A DNA stretch of 64,000 bases from Phyllobates terribilis (taxonomy: Eukaryota): assembly GCF_046119375.1 (NCBI RefSeq), contig NW_027362761.1:89218001-89282000 (forward strand), written 5' to 3'. Shown piece after piece: positions 59,292 through 64,000 of the stretch (position 1 is its first letter; each line of letters starts with the position of its first letter). Under the pieces are notes generated by a model. That model made no database searches. It was not told the DNA's origin and saw nothing but the letters and a program-made list of their open reading frames with translations. A program made the position numbers and the translations under genes.

Positions 59292-60229
59292 AAAGTCGGG
59301 TGCTTTGCTGCCATGTGCCTGATCATGCTGGTGGTGGTCAGGCTGGTAGTTTTGTCACCCCTGCTGATGCTGGCATGGCAGGTGGAACATATGGCCTTTT
59401 TGGGGTTATCAGCAGAGTCTTTAAAAAAATTCCAGACTCTGGAAGACCTACCGCTGGTACTGACAACGTCCCTCGTGTTGGTGTTACGGGGAACGGTTGC
59501 CTGCCTTCTGTCTGCGGCCACCACACTGCTTCTTCCTGCCTGTTGGGGTACTCTGCCTCCCTCCCCCTGTGTGCAGCTGGCCTCACTCTGCATGTCCTCC
59601 TTCCACGTTGGGTTAGTTACTAGATCATCCACCACCTCCTGCTCTTCCACTTGCGCACCACGATCCTCCTCCTCACTTCCTGACAATTGTGTCTCATCAT
59701 CGTCCACCTCTTGTGACAGATTGCCAACGTCGACTTCCTGTGGCCGTGGCTGTTCAAATATTTGGGCATCGTAACATGGGATCTTCTCTTCCACCACTTC
59801 AAGCGTATCATGCGAGGGGCCCAAATATGGAAATGGACCAGTGAACAGCTCTTCAGAGTGTCCAAGTGTGGGAACACTTGCTGTCTGACGACACTCGGCA
59901 TGGTGGGAGAAAGGAGCATCAGGGTGAGGAGGAGTATGTGTTCGAGACTCATGGCTACTAAGAGTTGACCGTGTGGAAGACAGACCGGAGGTGGTGGTGC
60001 CCAAGTAACTGGAAGTATTATCTGCTATCCAATTAATAACCTGTTCACACTGATCAGTTCTCAATACTGGTGTTGTTCTGTGCTTCCCTAGTAATTCGAT
60101 CAAGAAGTGGGAGCGAGAAGATGTGGCTGTTGGTTGTGGCACATTTTCACCTTGGCCACGGCCCCGTCCTCTGCACGAACCATCACCAGAACGTGCACTT
60201 CCACGTCCCTTGCCACACGCCTTGCCCAT
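59006..60229 (-). CDS. hAT transposase N-terminal portion with BED zinc finger (407-aa frame, frameshifted to the catalytic frame)
   Basis: RG-rich start, acidic region, VWNFF...AICSTC...SMIRHMAAKHP; frame lost at a 23-nt duplication near 59200-59230. Confidence 0.88.
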   Translation of the reverse strand: MGKACGKGRGSARSGDGSCRGRGRGQGENVPQPTATSSRSHFLIELLGKHRTTPVLRTDQCEQVINWIADNTSSYLGTTTSGLSSTRSTLSSHESRTHTPPHPDAPFSHHAECRQTASVPTLGHSEELFTGPFPYLGPSHDTLEVVEEKIPCYDAQIFEQPRPQEVDVGNLSQEVDDDETQLSGSEEEDRGAQVEEQEVVDDLVTNPTWKEDMQSEASCTQGEGGRVPQQAGRSSVVAADRRQATVPRNTNTRDVVSTSGRSSRVWNFFKDSADNPKKAICSTCHASISRGDKTTSLTTTSMIRHMAAKHPTLWGETQGPRPVSAGVTTASSTVVHAKNPLLCAQGNPLSILHVKMPPPLSLHLLWQFLKKQHQRPRPRPTAVFNCPYPRPLNESGNSQLTPHRPQS

Positions 60230-60310
60230 TGTAAATGAAGTAAAATAGCTTAAACTTGCACTATCAATGGAAAAAGGGTAATAAAGAGTAGATTAGAACC
60301 GTGGAAGAGG

Positions 60311-61090
60311 AAAACCACAGTTATTGTTTACTGGGGTATACCACACTTTTTTTAAATAGATATTTGCTGTTGAACAGTGGACGACACACTCAAACTGCTT
60401 TTTTTCAGATACCAAAGGCCCAAAACTGGATAGTACAGCGATTTGACCCGTGGAACAGCGAAAACACACTGGGATGTCGGGCCTACACAAGACTATTTTC
60501 AACAGATATATTTTTGTGTCACAACAGTCAGGAGACACTGCTGTTATTCTTTTAGGAAAAAACTACCAAAAGCTGAATAATAGAGATTTTTTACCGTGGG
60601 ATGGCAAAACCACAGTTATTGTTTACTGGGGTATACCACACTTTTTTAAATAGAGATATGTGCGGCTGAACAGTGAGCGACACACTCAAACTGCTTTTTT
60701 CTTAGATACCAAAGGCCCAAAACTGGATAGTACAGCGATTTGACCCGTGGAACTGCGAAACTACACTGGGATATCGGGCCTACACAAGACTATTTTCAAC
60801 AGATATATTTTTGTGTCACAACAGTCAGGAGACACTACTGTTTTTCTTTACGGAAAATATACCAAAACCTGAATAATAGAGATTTTTTACTGTGGGATGG
60901 CAAAACCACAGTTATTGTTTACTGGGGTATACCACACTTTTTTAAATAGAGATATTTGCGGCTGAACAGTGAGCGACACACTCACACTGTTTTTTTATAT
61001 ACAAATGGCCCAAAATGGATAATACAGAGGTTTGAACCGTGGAAGTGCAAAACAACACTTCTGTTTCTCTAGCATACACCAGACTATTTT
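60311..61090. repeat. ~295-bp tandem repeat (~2.7 copies) upstream of the copy C ORF
   Basis: aaaaccacagttattg at 60311, 60606, 60902. Confidence 0.9.
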
Positions 61091-61766
61091 CAACAGTTAT
61101 ATTTGTGTCTGAAAAATCAGAGACATGCTTTTTTTGGGTGGGGGGGGACACACCAAAAGGTTAATAAGGCGGGTATTTGTACAGTGTGAAGGAGGAAAAA
61201 AAGGAGAATTTAGATGAAAAAAAAAGGATTTTTCCTGGCCCACAACACCTGGTGCTAAGTCCAGCTATTTCAGCAACAGGAGCACACAGGACTGTAATGC
61301 AGCATTTGCTGGTATAACCACTGTGTCTCCTATACAGCCTGCCTGCCTGGTATCTGGGATGGATATTAGTCCTGAAAAGGACTGTTTGTTTGTTCTGGCA
61401 GCCTTTACAGACCCTACACTAACTATTTTGCAGTTTATATCTCTCCCTACATCAGCACTGTCCCTACACTGTCTAATCCGGACCGACTGTGTCCAAGATA
61501 GCGGCGCCCGGTTTTAAATACTCGAGGTGACGCTGTGCGGCCAGCCAATCACTGTAATGCCCACAACCAACATGGGTGCATCATTACAGTGACTAGCTGG
61601 CAATCCCTGCATGTTCATTGGCTCTGTAAAGAGTGCCAAACATGCAGGGCGGAGACCCAAGCTCCCGCCCGAGTAACCCGGAAATGCTCGGTGCTCGCCG
61701 AACATCCCGAGTAGCGTAATGCTCGGGCGAGTACCGAGCAGTGTCAAGCATGTTCGCTCAACACTA

Positions 61767-63497
61767 AGAGAGACTAATTGCCAAGGAAAGTAAAATGAAT
61801 CCCAAACTGTTCTTTAACTATATAAACAGTAAAAGGATTAAAACTGATGGAGTTGGGCCATTGAAAAATAACCTGGGTAAAATCATAGAGGGCGATGAGG
61901 GTAAAGCAAACCTACTCAATAGCTTCTTCTCCACTGTTTTCACAAAAGAAAACAATTTATCGGAGGAAATGCAGAGTGATAAAGTAAACCCTCCGCTAAA
62001 TATCACCCACCTAACCCAGGAGGAAGTTCAGAAACGCCAAAATAATATCAAAATAGACAAGTCACCAGGCCCAGATGGCATACACCCCCGGGTACTAAAA
62101 GAATTAAGTAATGTGATAGACAGACTGCTGTATCTTATATTCAAGCACTCTTTATGGACAGGGACTGTCCCACTAGACTGGCGCCAAGCAATTGTGGTAC
62201 CAATATTCAAAAAGGGGTCTAAAAGTGACCCTGGGAACTATAGACCAGTGAGCTTAACGTCTGTTGTGGGTAAATTGTTTGAAGGATTTCTTAGAGATGC
62301 TATTGTAGAATATCTTAATGATAATAACTGTCTAACTCCATATCAACATGGATTCATGAGGGATCGCTCCTGCCAAACAAACCTGATCGCCTTCTACGAG
62401 TAGGTGAGCTCACAGCTGGACCGGAGAGAGTCAGTGGATGTTGTATACCTTGACTTCTCCAAAGCGTTTGATACCTTGCCACACAAAAGGTTGGTATATA
62501 AAATGAGAATGCTTGGTCTGGGGGATAATGTGTGCAAGTGGGCAAATAGCTGGCTGAGTGATAGAAAGCAGAGGGTGGTTATCAATGGAGTAAGCTCAGG
62601 GTGTGTCAGGGTTACTAGCGGGGTGCCTCAAGGGTCTGTCTTGGGCCCTATATTATTTAATATATTTATTAATGATCTAGTGGAAGGGTTGCATAGTAAA
62701 ATAGCAATATTTGCAGATGATACTAAACTTTGTAAAGTAGTTAATACAGATGAGGACAGGGCACAGCTACAGGAGGATTTAGATAAATTGGGGAGTTGGG
62801 CCAAAAAATGGCAAATGGGGTTCAATTCCAATAAATGTAAGGTCATGCACATGGGAAAGAAAAACAGCAGTCACCCATACATATTAAATGGGAAACCGTT
62901 GGGGAAATCTGACATGGAGAAGGACCTGGGCGTCTTGGTTAACAGCAAATTAAATTGGAGTGCCCAGAGTCAGGCAGCAGCTGCGAAGGCAAATAGTGTC
63001 ATGGCATGCATCAGAAGAGGAATAGGGGCATATGATGAGAACATTGTTCTTCCTCTGTATAAAGCGCTGGTAAGGCCGCACTTAGAATGTTGTGCACAGT
63101 TCTGGGCTCCGGTGCTCAGGAAAGACATATTGGAGCTAGAGAGGGTACAAAGGAGGGTGACTAAGGGAATAAAGGGAATGGAGGAACTAGAATACCCAGA
63201 GAGGTTGTCAAAATTAGGCCTATTTACGTTGGAAAAGAGAAGGCTTAGGGGAGACCTCATAAACATGTATAAATACATCAGGGGGCAGTACAGAGATCTC
63301 TCCCATGACCTGTTTATACCAAGGATGGTGACAAAGAAGAGGGGGCACACTATGCGTCTGGAGGAAAAGAAGTTCCTGCACCAGCATAGAAGGGGATACT
63401 TTACGGTCAGAGCCGTGAGACTCTGGAACTCTCTGGGAGAGGAAGTGGTGATGTCCAACTCACTTAATGAGTTAAAGAGAGGCCTGGACACCTTTCT
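61767..63497 (+). pseudogene. CR1 LINE ORF2 reverse transcriptase (CR1-b), 3'-truncated
   Basis: KSPGPDGIHP, PGNYRPVSLTS, QHGF, YLDFSKAFD, GVPQGSVLGP, FADD, DLGV, LEKRRLRGD; single in-frame TAG at 62401-62403; no 3' UTR. Confidence 0.96.
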
Positions 63498-63498
63498 T

Positions 63499-64000
63499 GT
63501 CACAGCCTTACACTGAGGAGCGCAAGCATGCCTGCGCTTCTCAGTGTCCGCGGGATGACAGGATGGATGGCAGCTTTCTGCTGCCATCCAGCCTGTCATC
63601 TCGATGTAGCAGAGCTGGAGCTGTCCTGGGAACCATGGAAAGGTAAGGATGATGTTGGTTTTTTATTATTTTTCTTTTATTGCAGGAGATCATTGGCTTC
63701 AGCTGGAATGGGCGTGATGGTAAGTATGGTTTAATTTACAACAATAAAAAATTGTGTGTTTATTTCAATTAAAGGACTTTATTCTGGGTGTTGTGTTTTT
63801 TTTAAATACTTTACTAGAAATTCATGGCGGTCATGTCTAATATTGGCGTGACCCCATGAATTTCAGGCTAAGGGCCAGCGATAATACCAAGCAATCCCTA
63901 ACCCCTTTATTACCCAGTGAGCCACTGCACCAGGGCCCTGGATAAGTTGGGTACAGCGCCAGAAGATGGCGCTTCTATGAACGCGCCATTTTCCGGGGTG
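63499..64000. mobile_element. Internal segment of another copy of the 5.7-kb palindromic hAT element family
   Basis: Colinear with ~18224-18720; the ORF at 63528-63734 nearly duplicates 18252-18455. Confidence 0.9.

Larger units (their letters stand above)
53004..61766 (-). mobile_element. hAT copy C, full length, youngest-looking
   Basis: TIRs TAGTGTTGAGCGAGC / GTTCGCTCAACACTA; perfect TSD AGAGAGAC (52996-53003, 61767-61774); interrupts CR1 ETER|LIAKESK. Confidence 0.96.

Noticed and set aside
62970-63599. 209-aa antisense ORF over CR1 RT
   Set aside because: Shadow frame of a conserved RT coding region, extended by chance into the adjoining repeat.

Overview
Eukaryotic, almost entirely repeat-derived DNA, most likely from an anuran amphibian. 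That assignment is inferred from recognised TE types: V-SINE, TTAA T2-like MITE, piggyBac-like end, CR1 LINE and sushi-like Ty3/Gypsy. No host gene could be supported. Contents: (1) two ~7-kb arrays of a 31-bp satellite (2760-9775, 25365-32780), each inside a Helitron/Helentron-like element with shared ends; they generate nearly all the long proline-rich ORFs in the track. (2) A hAT family with TAG(T/A)G(A/T)TGAGCG TIRs and 8-bp TSDs: three transposase-bearing copies (A ~24975-38358, B 42480-49294, C 53004-61766), a 5.7-kb nested-palindrome non-autonomous element (16586-22285) and MITEs. Copy C is one 23-bp duplication away from an intact ~1110-aa transposase. (3) A degenerate Gypsy split by the 5.7-kb element, two solo LTRs with TSDs, a CR1 ORF2 split by copy C, plus Tc1, Harbinger and piggyBac-like remnants. 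Most notable: all three transposase-bearing hAT copies carry, downstream of the ORF and at a conserved junction, 2-3 inverted copies of their own transposase coding segment, i.e. a family-level built-in antisense/hairpin module. All alignments and coordinates were made by eye.
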